Assembly: GCF_009914755.1 (NCBI RefSeq)
Contig: NC_060930.1
Direction: 5' to 3' (one strand)
DNA: 64,000 bases
Source: the human T2T-CHM13v2.0 reference genome, Homo sapiens
The position numbers and the translations under genes are program-made. Shown here in pieces: positions 1 through 12,783 of this stretch. Numbering within the stretch: the stretch's first letter is position 1; every line of letters starts with the position of its first letter. The notes under the pieces were generated by a model. The model ran no database searches. It was not told where the DNA came from and saw nothing but the letters and a program-made list of their open reading frames with translations.

Positions 1-187
1 CTATCTTTGGGTGGGAGAAAGCTGTGATTGAAAAAAGGCATGTTAGGGCCTCTAGGATGCTGGCAATATTATTTTTATTGCCCTAAGTAGTTATTAAATG
101 GGTGTTAGTTACATAAAATTTCATTAAGCTGTATATTTATGTTTTATGAACTTCCTACATGGGTATTGTATTTCATAATATAAAAGG
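1..187 (+). mobile_element. Ancient L1ME-type 3' end fragment
   Basis: Motifs 'gatgctggcaatattattttt' and 'aaaatttcattaagctgtatatttatg' resemble old L1M 3' UTRs. Confidence 0.55.
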
Positions 188-724
188 TTGTAATACATAA
201 TACAAAAAGCACAAAGAAAAAACCAACATAAGCAATCAGTAAGAGAGACAGATTGACTCCTAAACAAGGGGTATAATATTAATTGATATATTAACATATT
301 TTAATAGTGATAGATGAATATTTTAAGAGATGAGCTTCCAGGAAACCCTGAAGTCATTCATCCCTTTCTTAGTAAAGAACTGCATAAACATAATATAGAA
401 ACAAAAATCTCACATAATCTTGGCATAATGATTTTAAATACAAATACATTAAACTTTTAAAAAGAAACATAACTACATTAAAATGTACAGACTCAGCCAA
501 GATAGAGTTACAAGACCACAAACACAACAAAATGATGGTTTTCAGAAACTGAACAACAGGTAGAGCAAGCCAGTGATAACTGAAAGAGAGGAGGCAAATG
601 AAGTGCAGCCCATGACTACTCTGGCTTACTACCTGGAGCTTTCAGACCACAGTGCAAGAAAGAAGAATGCAAGCCTATACACCCTAAAATATTTGCTCTC
701 TGGTTATTTGCCAGCCCCTGCCCT

Positions 725-1222
725 AAATAAATGAAATTGTATGTCCACAAAGAGGCTGTACCCAAGTTTCAAAGCAATTTATTCATAATAGCCAAAAATT
801 AGAAATATCTCAAATGTCCATCAACTAGTAAATGGATAAGTAAATGGTGATATAGTCATACAACAAAATAATACTCAGCAAAAAAAAAAAGGGCTATTGA
901 TAAATGTGACAGCATGGATGAATGTAATATTGAAAGAAGCCAGACACACTACCTCAATAAAACACATATTGTATGTTTCCACTGATATAAATTTATAGAA
1001 AATGAATACTAAACAGCAGATGATTGCCAGAGAAGGGAGTGAGGATATGAAAAAAGGGAAGAAGGAAAAGAGGGAAGGATTAGAAAAAGACAGAAGGAAA
1101 ATTTTGGGGGTGATGGACATGTTTATCATCTTATCCTGGGAACAGTGATTTCATATGTAAAAACTGATTAACTTGCAAACTTTAAATATGTGCAGTTTAT
1201 TATAAATCAATTATTCCTCAAA
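725..1222 (+). mobile_element. Ancient L1ME/L1MB 3' end
   Basis: 'ttattcataatagccaaaaattagaaa..caaatgtccatcaac' and 'aaagaagccagacaca', ending 'atgtgcagtttattataaatcaatta'. Confidence 0.7.
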
Positions 1223-1349
1223 CCTGTAAACAATACAGACTTCATCTCTCAAATTTTGTTTAAAATATATATATATAAAAGAAAATCTACAGCTGTTCAC
1301 AGACCATACAGCGAAATAAGTCTGCAAATAATTCTAAATAAAAAGGGCA

Positions 1350-4300
1350 ATCAAAAAATTACCTTGAGACAAACAAAAAGCAACACACCAAAACTGATGA
1401 GATGCAGCAAAAGCAGTTCTAAGAGGGAAATTTATACAAATAAACACAATAAACACCTAGAGCAAAAAAGATCTCAAACAACCTAATATTACATCTTAAG
1501 GAAACAGAAAAAGAAAAAGCCCAAAGTTAGCAGAAAGAAGGAAACAATAAAGATCAAAGCAGAAATTTAAAAATTAGTGACTAGAAAATAGAAGAATAAA
1601 TCAATGAAACTAAGAATTGATTTTCTGAAAAGATAAACAAAATTGGCAAACCCTTACCTAGACTGAGAAAAAAAGATTCAAATAAATGAAATCAGAAATG
1701 AAAGAAGAGATATTACAACGGATACCTTAGAAATACAAAGGATCATAAGAGATTATTATGAACAACTATATGCCAATAAATTAGATAACAGAAGAAACGG
1801 GTAAATTCCTGGACATACATAACCTATCAGAACTGAATCATAACGAAATAGAAAATTAGAACAAACCAATTACAAGTAAGGAGATTGAATCTGTAATAAA
1901 AAGTCTCTCATCAAAGAAAATCCCAGAACCTGATGGCTTCAGGCTGATTTTGACCAAACATTTAAAGAACTAATAATACCACCAAACTCTTCCCAAAAAT
2001 CCAAGAGGAGAAAATACTTCCAAATTCTTTTAACAAAGCCAGCATTACCCTGATACCAATGCCAGACAGAACATTACAAGAAAACTATGGACCAATATCC
2101 TTGATGAACGTAAATGCAAAGCTCCTCAATGAAATACTAGCAAATCAAATTCAATAGCACATTAAAAGGATCATACACCACAATCAGTAGGATTTATCCC
2201 CGGAATGAAAGGACAGTTAAACATACACAAGTCTATAAATGTGATAAGCCACATTAACAAAATGAAGAACAAAACTCAAGTGATCATCTCATTAGCTATG
2301 GCAAAAGAATCTGACAAAATTCAACATCCTTTCATGATAGAAAAAATTCTCAAATAGGTACGAATAAAATGTACCTCAACATACTAAAGACCACATATGA
2401 CAGGCCAACAGATAACATTATATTCAACAATAAAAAGTTGAAACCTTCTCTTCTAAGATCAGGAACAAAGCAAAGACCACTACTCTCACCACTTCTCTTC
2501 AACACAGTACTGGAAGTCCTTGCTGGAGCAAGTAGGCAAGAGAAAGAAAGAAAAGGCATCCAAATAGGAAAGGAAGTAGTGAAATTGTCGATACTTGCTG
2601 ATCTTATATGGAGAGAGCTATAAAGATTCTACCAAACAAAAACAAAAACAAAAACCTATTAGAACTAATAAACAAATACAGTCAAGTTGTAGAATATAAA
2701 ATCAACACACAAAAATCAGTAGCATTTCTATATCCTAACAACAAACTATCCAAAAATGAAATCAACAATCCCATTTATAATAGTTAAAAAATGAATAAAA
2801 TGCTTAGAAATAAATTTAGAAAGTGAAAGGCCTACACACGAAAAATTATAAAACACTGATGAAAGAAACAGAAGACACAAGTAAATGGAAAGATACTCCT
2901 TGTTCATGGATTAGAAGAATTAATATTGTTAAAAAGTCCATACTACCCAGTGATTACAGATTCAATACAATCCCTATCGAAATTACAATGACATTTTTCA
3001 CAAAAATAGAAAAAAAAATTCTAAAATTCCTATGGGACTACAAAAAACCCTGAATAGCCAAGGCAATTTTGAGCAAAAAGAATAAAGTGGGAGGTATCAC
3101 ACTACTACTAATTTCAAACTGTATTACAAAGCTATAGTAATTAAAACAGCATGGTACTGCCATAAAAATAGATACGCTGACCAATGGAAGAGAATAGACA
3201 GCTCAGAAATGAATCCACATATTTATGGTCAATTGATTTTTGACAGAGGTTCTCTCCCTCTCTCTCCTCCCTTCCACCTTCCACCACAGCATGGCCCAGC
3301 ACAAAGGCCCTAATCACATACTAGCCCCTTGATTAACACACCAGCCCCCTGCTCTGGACTTCTCAGCCTCTGGAACTCTGAGAAATACATTTGTGTTCAT
3401 TATAAATTGCCCAGTCTGTGGTATTTTGTTATAGCGCACAAACAAACTAAGACAAAGACTTAAATGTAAGATCTGAAACTGTAAAACTACTGGAAAAAAA
3501 ATAGATCAAAAACTACATAACATTGGTCTGGGCAATGATTTTTTGAATTTGACCCTAAAAGTTCAGGCAACAAAAGCAAAAATAGACAAATGGATTTACA
3601 TCAAACTAAAAACCTTCTGCACAGCAAAAAAACAACAAAGTGAAGAGACAACCTACAGATTTGGAGAAAATATCTGTAAGCGAGACATTTGATAAGGGAT
3701 TAATACCCAAAATATATAAGGAACTCAAAAAAACTCAAAAGCAAGAAAACAATCTGATTGAAAAATGGGCAAAGAACTTGAATAGACATTTCTCAAAAGA
3801 CAACATACAAATGGCCAACAGGTATATGAAAAATTGTTCAATATCACTAAGCATTAGGGAAATGTAAATTAGAATCACAATGAGATACCACCTCATACCT
3901 ACCACCACATTTTCAAAATGACAAAAGATAACCAGTTTTTGCAAGGAAAAAAGAAACCTTTTGTATACTATTGGTGGGAATGTAAGTTAGTACATCCATA
4001 TGGAAAACTATATAGAGGTTCCTCCAAAAACTAAAAGTAGAATTATGATATGATCCAGCAATCCCACTTCTGGGTATATATCTAAAGGATTTGAAATCAG
4101 TATGACAAAGAGATATCTGCACTCTTGTGTTTACTGCAGCACTATTCACAATAGCCAAGTTATGGAATCAACCTAAATGTTCATTGACAGATGAATGGAT
4201 AAAGAAAATGTGGTATACATAAACAAATGGAATACTATTTAGCCTTTAAAGAAAGATATTCTGTCATTTGTGACAACATGGAAGAATCTTGAGGATGTTA

Positions 4301-4725
4301 TGCTAAGTGAAATAACACAGGCACAGAAAGACAAATACTGCATGATGTTCTCACTTACATGTGAAATTGAAAAGAATCTAACTTATAGACGAGAGTTGAA
4401 TGGTTGGTGGTGACCAAAGGTTAGGGGATGGGGGAAACAGGGAGATGTTGATCAAAGCGTACAGTTTCAATTAGACAAGAAGAAAAAGGTTTTTGGGATA
4501 CACTGCACAGCATAATGACTACAGTTAATAACAGTGTAGTCTACACTTCAAAATTGCTAAGACAGCAAATTTCAAACGTGCTCACCACAAAAAAGTGTAA
4601 TTATGTGAAGTGAAGAATGTCAATTAGCTTGGTTTAATAATTCTACTTTGTATACATATAACATCACTTTGTACCTCATAAATATTGTAATCGTAATGAC
4701 AATTTGTCAATTTACAATAAAAAAA
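1350..4725 (+). mobile_element. L1MA-type LINE, 5'-truncated, degenerate ORF2 plus 3' UTR
   Basis: ORF2 peptides in the track (2369 'GTKQRPLLSPLLFNTVLEVLA', 2823 '[16 protein letters not shown]', 3640 '[16 protein letters not shown]'), an L1MA-like 3' UTR, and AATAAA/A tail near 4716-4725. Confidence 0.9.
3250..3453 (+). mobile_element. MaLR LTR (MST-like) 3' half inserted in L1MA
   Basis: Ends 'ttataaattgcccagtctgtggtattttgttatagc..actaagaca'. The LTR 5' half and adjacent L1 sequence are missing. Confidence 0.8.
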
Positions 4726-5022
4726 TCTCTAAATTGATCCTTCCTGATCATTCTAAATGGATAGTTGATTTATTATTTGAATACTTAAGTAAATAGTTGA
4801 AAAGTGAATTTTAACAGGGAAATCATTAAATACAAAATAGTTCCCTACCTAACTTGTTATCTAATGATCCTACAAACTATTCTATGGCTTACTTTTACCT
4901 ACAAAAGATGAGAGGGGAGAATGATTTATGTGGGAATTAGTCTCAAATCTGAAATCATCTGAATCATCATATTCATAAATTCTCATCTCCTTGACATTGA
5001 CTGCAGGATGAACAGAAATCCT

Positions 5023-5027
<5 letters not shown>

Positions 5028-5058
<31 letters not shown>
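5028..5058. repeat. (CA)n microsatellite
   Basis: Directly visible, about 15 units. Confidence 0.98.
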
Positions 5059-5063
<5 letters not shown>

Positions 5064-5712
5064 TGTAAAGTGCATTTGTTAAAAGGTTAAATGGAATAAA
5101 TCTTTTATTTCCTGTGTTGGGAAATTCTGAATCTTACTTTGTTTTTCCCTCTATTTTTGTGTAAAGAGTTTCTTTTTTTATACTTCAGACAAGTAAGAAA
5201 ATTGACTATGGAGTTTTCCTCTTCCCCTGGGAAAATGTAAGAACATTATGTTAGGAAGCCGTTTCTACAGAAAAAGAAGTACAAAAGATGCTCTGGAGAC
5301 TAGAAACAGAGAAATTTAAGCTGAGTGGATATAATTCACAAATCAATTTTTTTCAGTCTAAATTATAGTACTATGTCACATGTTACCAGCTGTTCCAATA
5401 ATAGCTATGATCAATCAAAAAGAAAAATGTTGTTGTTTTTGAAATTACAGATCCCAGAAAGACTGACTGTTATATTCCACATTAAAAAGAATTATGGCAA
5501 TTCTAAATTTCAAGGATGAGTTCAGCTTCATAGAACTCTCTACAAAATGCTGACAGAAACATGAACTATAATCAAAATACAAAGAATCACCTCAGTCTCA
5601 CTTACAGAATATAAGTTAAATTGGTCTTTACTATAGTGACTATTAATTTTAACTTGAATAATTCATTAGTAAACATTAGATATGCATCCCTTTTATTAAA
5701 ATATGAATTTTG

Positions 5713-5994
5713 CCCCTGTAATCCCAGCACTTTGGGAGGCCGCGGTGGGTGGATCACGAGGTCAGGAGATCAAGACCATCCTGGCTAACACGGTGAAACC
5801 CTGTCTCTACTAAAAATAAAAAAAATTAGCCAGGCGTGGTGGCGGGCACCTATAGTCCCAGCTGCTCAGGAGGCTGAGGCAGGAGAATGGCATGAACCTG
5901 GGAGGCGGAGCTTGTAGTGAGCAGAGATTATGCCACTGCACTCCAGCATGGGTGACAAAGCAAGACTGTCTCAAAAAAAATAAAATAAAAATAA
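5713..5994 (+). mobile_element. AluY-type, slightly 5'-truncated
   Basis: 'gatcacgaggtcaggagatcaagaccatcctggctaacacgg' and 'gaatggcatgaacc..gagcttg'. Flanked by ATATGAATT(T/C)TG. Confidence 0.9.
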
Positions 5995-6006
5995 ATATGA
6001 ATTCTG

Positions 6007-6302
6007 GGCTGGGTGCTGTGGCTCACACCTGTAATCCCAGCACTTTGGAGGTCGAAGTCGGCAGATTGAGCTCAGGAGTTTGACATCAGCCTGGGCACCA
6101 TGATGAGACACTGTCTCTACTAAAAATACAAAAAACAAAACAAAACAAGCCAGGTGTGGTGGTGCATGCCTGTGGTCTCAGCTACTCAGGAGGCTGAGGT
6201 GGAAGGATAACTTGAGCCCAGGGGGCAGAGGTTGCAGTAAGCCGAGACTGCACCACTGCACTCCAGCCTGGGTGACAGAGTGAGACCCTGTCTTGGAAAA
6301 AA
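6007..6302 (+). mobile_element. AluJ-type
   Basis: Full dimer with 'cagcctgggc' and 'cttgagccca' J-like positions. Confidence 0.9.
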
Positions 6303-6777
6303 ATATATATATGATATATATATATGATATATATATGAAATACATATATATGATATATATATGAAATACATATATATGATATATATATATGAAATACATA
6401 TATATGATATATATATGAAATACATATATGATATATATATGAAATACATATATATGATATATATATGAAATACATATATATGATATATATATGAAATACA
6501 TATATATGATATATATATGAAATACATATATATGATATATATATGAAATACATATATATGATATATATATGAAATACATATATATGATATATATATGAAA
6601 TACATATGATATATATGACATATATATGATATATATATGAAATATATATGATATATATGAAATATATATATCATATATATATGAAATATATATATGAAAT
6701 ATATATATAAATATATATGATATATATATTTCATATATATCATATATATATGAAATATATATATGAAATATATATGA
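6303..6777. repeat. AT-rich minisatellite, ~24-bp unit ATATATATGAAATACATATATATG, degenerate and partly inverted distally
   Basis: Directly visible, about 11-12 regular units at 6328-6610, then variants including inverted TTTCATATATAT. Confidence 0.97.
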
Positions 6778-7777
6778 ATTTTGGTAGGTATTGAATTATC
6801 ATTATTAGAAATGAAAAATTGCTAGCTATCTTGATTTTTAAGTAATTAATTCCTTATCATTTTCATGACTGTATAAATATGAATCAGCCTACTGAGTTAG
6901 TTTAACAGACAGTACTTACCTTAACTGAGTCATTATATTCTTGTGTTCAAACAGAGTAACTACTGGCTAGCTATCATTTGTAAAAGGCCTTGAACAAACT
7001 TTTTACTTAGCTGAGTATCTCATGTAAAATAATTTCAGCTATTACAATTTATTTTATCTTTTCTTTTGATATCAGCTCTAAACACATTTATACTAATAAT
7101 ATATACTAAAACTATTTTAATAACTTCAAATTTAAAAGCGATTAACTAGAAGGCTATATTGTCAGTCTTAAGTTTTTTGTTTATAAATAACTACACTTAT
7201 CCTAGATATATGCATTGTTCAACTAAAAGTTAAAAGTTAACATAAAGTATGAGGGAGTTCAACCTCCGTAGCATGACTAAGTTCTATTCTAAGCATTCAA
7301 GGCAAAGTTCTAGAATCTCATGTGCTGAGCTGATAACAGGAGAAAGCATGAGATGTCCATTAATAAAGTAACTCTCAGTGCACAGCGCTGGCAATGTTAT
7401 GTAGTACGCATAACTCTAAAATGTCTTAAAATGATGAGTATAAACAATTACATAGCTGACTAGGATCACTCTTTATAAGTGACTTAAAGTCTCACTTACC
7501 CTCGTGGTGAAATTAATTAGATTATTCCCAAAAAGTGAGACAGAGATCTAATAATAATAATATTTTTCCATTCTATTAGATGATGAACTTCTGAAGCAGT
7601 TTATGGTCATCACAACCTTAGAATATGCTCAGCAAAAATGTGAAAAGTAGTCATATAATACTCTCTTTTCCTCACACAAATTTATCAGACTTTCCGAATG
7701 ACTTAAATAGTATGAAACAATAATTAAAACAGCAATTTCATAAAAGATTTTTACTGTAGTTTTAAAATTGATTATTT

Positions 7778-8597
7778 TGTACACCAATGTTCACTGTAGC
7801 ATTATTCACAGTAGCCAAAAGGCAGAAACAACCCATATGCCCATCAATAATAAATTTTTCACGGTGGCTCATGCCTGTAATCCTAACATTTTTGGAGGCT
7901 GAATTAAGAAGATTGCTTGAGGCCAGGAGTTTAAGTTCAGCCTGATAACACAGTGAGACCTCGTCTCTACAAAAAATAAAAAATTACCCAGGCATGGTGG
8001 CACACGCCTGTAGTCCCAGTAAAAGGATCACTTGAGCCTAGGAGGCTGAGGCTGCAGTGAGCCATGATAGTGCCACTGTACTCAGGTCTGGGCAACAGAG
8101 CAAGGCCCTGTCTCAACAAACAAACAAAAAAACACAATGGATTTTTTTAACGTGGTATGCACCTACAATGGAACATTATTCAGCCTTAAAAGGAATGACA
8201 TTCTGACATGTTATAATATGGATAAAACTTGAAAACATTATGCTAAGTGACATAAGTCAGACACAAAAAGACAAATATTGTATGGTTTGAATCATATAAG
8301 GTATACAGAATATGCAAACTCACAAATTCAGAAAATAGAATAGTGGTTACCAGGGGTGAAGAAGAGAGAGGAATGAGGAGTTACTGTTTAATGGCTACAG
8401 AGTTTCTGTTTGGGATGATGAGAAAGTTCTGGAAATGGAAAGTGAAAATAGTGGCAGGAAATTAATAATGCACTTAATGCCACTGATTTGTACATTTGAA
8501 AATGGTTTCAATGCTGAATAGTAGGCTGTCATGACAGAAAAAAGGTGGTTAAAATGGTAAATTTCATGGTTCACGGATCTTATCACAATAAAAAAAT
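7778..8597 (+). mobile_element. L1MB-type 3' end, interrupted by an Alu
   Basis: 'cattattcacagtagccaaaagg', 'cattatgctaagtga', 'gagtttctgtttgggatgatgagaaagttctgga'. Confidence 0.85.
7860..8132 (+). mobile_element. AluJ with internal deletion
   Basis: Alu left and right arm motifs and an (AAAC)n tail. Confidence 0.9.
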
Positions 8598-9169
8598 GGC
8601 CAGAAAAATCTATTCCTAAAGCACAAGGTTATCAACAACTTCAAACACACTTCTCTGCTTGATTCAATGCTGAGGTTCCCACAGAAATTGTTACAGACTG
8701 CCTCCTTCCTCCAAGTTTCCTTATCTCTCATATTCATCCCTTTCTTTATTCCCCAAACTTTCATTTCTAATTGAATGGAGAACATCCAATCTTGATCTCC
8801 AGGTTTTTCCACCCTTAATTCACCTGTTATTTCTAGACATATATTCTCAGTTTTCCTTCCTCATCTCCTCCTTGCTAAAGCTGTCCTCCAATTATTAGAT
8901 ACCGTCCCACCTGCGACATTCTTTTTTCTTTCTTTTCTCAAGGATCTGTAATCTCTTATTTTCTTCCATTATGCCAGTTAATAAGGGGGGGCAGTTACAA
9001 GGTCAGGAAAGGTTATTATGAAGTTGAGTCAAGTAAAAACCACTACAAAATGAACATATTTATAGAAGTAATCCATCCTAAGAGAGATGATTCATAAATG
9101 GGGATTTCTAGGACCTTTCTGTTCAGGTTGTGGTGAAGCTGTGGAAAGGTGGGCCTGAAATCATGGAGT

Positions 9170-9320
9170 AGACAGGATTCCTAACTGTGGTGCTTATTAA
9201 CTATGTAACTTCAGGCAACTCATTTAACTCCTATTTAGCCTCAGTATTTTTGTTGGATGAATAGATATGACTTATTTCACAAAGATGTTTTGAAGATTAA
9301 ATGAAATAATATACATGCTT
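9170..9320 (+). mobile_element. MIR fragment
   Basis: 'actatgtaacttcaggcaactcatttaactc..gcctcagt' and 'tgaagattaaatgaaataatatacatg' match the MIR core. Confidence 0.65.
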
Positions 9321-9531
9321 ACTTGATGTTTAAATTAGTTGCATGCATTAAAAAACCATGGTATACATATTTGGAAAATACATGATATTAAAAAGGGAAG
9401 CAAAAATTAATTGCCTTGCATGAAATATTGAAGTTCATGGTTAATGACAAACAAGAGTTCAAAAATATAAATCTGTCAGAGTTCAAATGGTATATGCATG
9501 AAAGAAGAATGTATGTATGAATGTTACGTAT

Positions 9532-9607
9532 GGAAGAAGAGGAAGAAGTGGAAGAAGAAGAAGAAAGAAGAGAAGAAGAAGAAAGAATAAAGAAGAAGAA
9601 GAAGAAG
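9532..9607 (+). repeat. Imperfect (GAA)n purine tract
   Basis: Directly visible. Confidence 0.95.
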
Positions 9608-10306
9608 GTAGATGGATAGAGGGGAAGGCAGAGACTCACTGATATAATTAGCAAAGATGAGTAACATGAATGCTGGAAAGGTATGTAGTAATGTGGAAGG
9701 CCTAATTTTCCAAGCTCTACTAAAGCCTGGATGAACTATCCTCCAGGATCATCTAACTCTTTTTCTTTGATCACATTTTCACAAAGCCAACTTCTGATAA
9801 CTAATTAAGTTTCCTGAGTAGTTAGATTACAAATAAGATGGTCTAAATGGCAGCCCTGAGCATGTATGTGTATGTGTGTACTTTATCCTATATATGCGTG
9901 TGTATATTTATATATATAGCATATATTAGTAAGCATATGTTTCTGTAAATTAGTACTGATAATTACAAATGCAACAACAAAAAATTATTTATTGAGAATT
10001 TCAATATGCAAGGCTCTGTGTTAAGTATAATTTTATATTACATTGCTTTTCTCTCTGCTATTAATTTAATTTGAATATTCTTTTAGTATTATGAATTTAG
10101 GATTGTCATTTAATCTTTTTAAAGAATGCCATGAATTAGGTCCCATGATTATATTCATTTAATAGATATGGAAGCTAATGGAAATGACCAATTTATCTAA
10201 AGGCACACAGATTGTAAGTACAACTGGTAATCAAACTTCACTTTCTCTGGCTCTTTGTTTCTAATTCTCATGCTGTAGAGACATTGTTTTAATAAGTTTG
10301 GGCTTC

Positions 10307-12168
10307 AGTGAAGTTTCAGGATACAAATCAAGGTATTAAAATCAGTAGCATTTCTATACACCAACAATGCTCGAGATGAGAGCCAAATCAAGAACAAAAT
10401 CTCATTTACGATAGCCACAAAAAACACACACAAAAAAACCTATGAATACATCTAACTAAGGAGGTGACAGGTCTTTACAAGGAGATCTATAAAACATGAC
10501 TAAAAGAAATCACAGATGACACAAACAAATAGAAAACATTCCATGCTCACAGGTTGAAAGAATCAATATCATTAAAATGGCCATACTGCCCAAAATAATC
10601 TACAGATTCAATGCTATTCCTATCAAACTACCATCATTTTTCACAGAATTAGAAAAAAACTATTCTAAACTTCATATGGAACCAAAAAAGAACCTGAATA
10701 GCTAAAGCAATCCTAGGCAAAAGAACAAAGATGAAGGCTTTACATTATCCAACTTCAAACTATACTACAAGGCTACAGTAGCCAAACCACATGATACTGG
10801 TACAAAAACAGACACATAAACTGGTGAAACAGAATAGAAAACTCAAATAAAGCTGCACACCTACAGCCATCTAATCTTTGACAAAGTTGACAAAAATAAG
10901 CAATGAGGAAAGGACTCCCTATTCAATATATTGTCCTGGGATAGCTGGCTAGCCATATGCAGAAGAATGAAACTAGACCCCTATCTTTTACCATAAACAA
11001 AAATTAACTCGAGATGAATTAAAGACTTAAATGTAAGACCTCAAACTATAAGAATCCTAGAAGAAAACCTAGGAAACACAATTCTAGATACTGGCCTTGG
11101 GAAAGAATTTATGATTAAGTCCTCAAAAGCAATTGCAACAAAAACAAAAATTGACAAGCGGGACCTAATTAAAGAGCTTCTGCAAAGCAAAAGAAATTAT
11201 CAACAGAGTAAACAACCTACAGAATAGAAGAATATATTGCAAACTATGCATCCAACAAAGGTCTAATATCCGGAATCTATCAGTAACTGAAACAACTGAA
11301 CAAGCAAAAACCAAATAATCCCATTAAGAAATAGGCAAAAGATATGAGTAGAGATCTCTCAAAATTCGACACATAAACAGCCAACAAACATATGAAAAAA
11401 TGCTCCACATCACTACTCATCAGGGAAATGCAAATCAAAACCAAAATGAAATACCATCTCACACCAGTAAGAACAACTATTATTTAAAAAGTCAAAAAAC
11501 AACAGATACTGGCAAGTCTATGGAGAAAAGGAAATGCTTCTACACTTGGGAGGAATGTAAAGTAGCTCAGCCACTGTAGGAAGCAGTTTGGCAATTTCTC
11601 AAAGAACGTAAAACAGAACTACCATTTGATCCAGCAATCCCATTACTGGGGATGTATCCAAAGAAAACAAATCATTCTACCAAAAAGACACACATACTTG
11701 CATGTTCACTGTGACACTATTCACAATACCAAAGACATGGAATCAACCTAGGTGTCCATCAATGGTGGACTAGATAAAGAACATGTGGTACACATACACC
11801 ATGGAATACTACACAGCCATAAAAAGGACAAAATCATGTCCTTTGTAGCAATATGGATATAGCTGGAGGCCATTGTCCTATGAGAATTAACGCAGGAACA
11901 GAAAACGCAGGTTCTCCTAAGTGAGAGCTAAACACTGGGTACTCATAGACATAAAGATGGCAACAACAGACAACGGGGACTACTAAAGGAAGGAGGAAGG
12001 GAGGCAGGCAAGGGTTGAAAAACTGTTGGGTACTATGCTCAGTACCTGGGTGATGGGATTGTCCATATCTCAAACCTCAGCATCATACAATATACCCAGG
12101 TAATAAACCTACACATGTACATCCTGAATCTAAAATAAAAGTTTGAAAAATAAAATATAAATAAATAA
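10307..12168 (+). mobile_element. L1PA15/16-like 5'-truncated LINE
   Basis: ORF2 C-terminal DNA and the 3' UTR 'gggtactatgctcagtacctgggtga..aaacctcagcatca', then an A-rich tail. Confidence 0.9.
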
Positions 12169-12427
12169 GTAAACAAGCATGAGTAATGCCACAATTCTTT
12201 CCAGGGGAAGCTGATGAACCACTTTATCTGGAAAGAATCACTAATGTGGTATCTCTCAGTTTAGCTAATGTAGATTATTAGGTACCTTGTTTCAAGGAAG
12301 GATATACCAGGACCCACCTTAAGCTTGGCAAGCTTTGGCCTCTTTCTAATATATCTAATATTGTGTTGTACATAGGCAAACTTGCATAGAGGCCAGTGTG
12401 ACTGCTTATATTAAAAGAGAGACTTCA

Positions 12428-12783
<356 letters not shown>

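Noticed and set aside
6178-6743. Three long minus-strand ORFs (up to 185 aa) rich in Y/I/H
   Set aside because: They are translations of the stop-free AT minisatellite running into an antisense Alu.
9532-9607. GAA tract as an expansion-prone repeat
   Set aside because: Frequently interrupted, and the longest pure run is only about five units.
12194-12238. Hammerhead-like CTGATGA...GAAA core inside an 11-bp inverted repeat (ATTCTTTCCAG/CTGGAAAGAAT)
   Set aside because: Only stem III can form. Stems I and II do not pair in the required register, so it is probably a chance hairpin.
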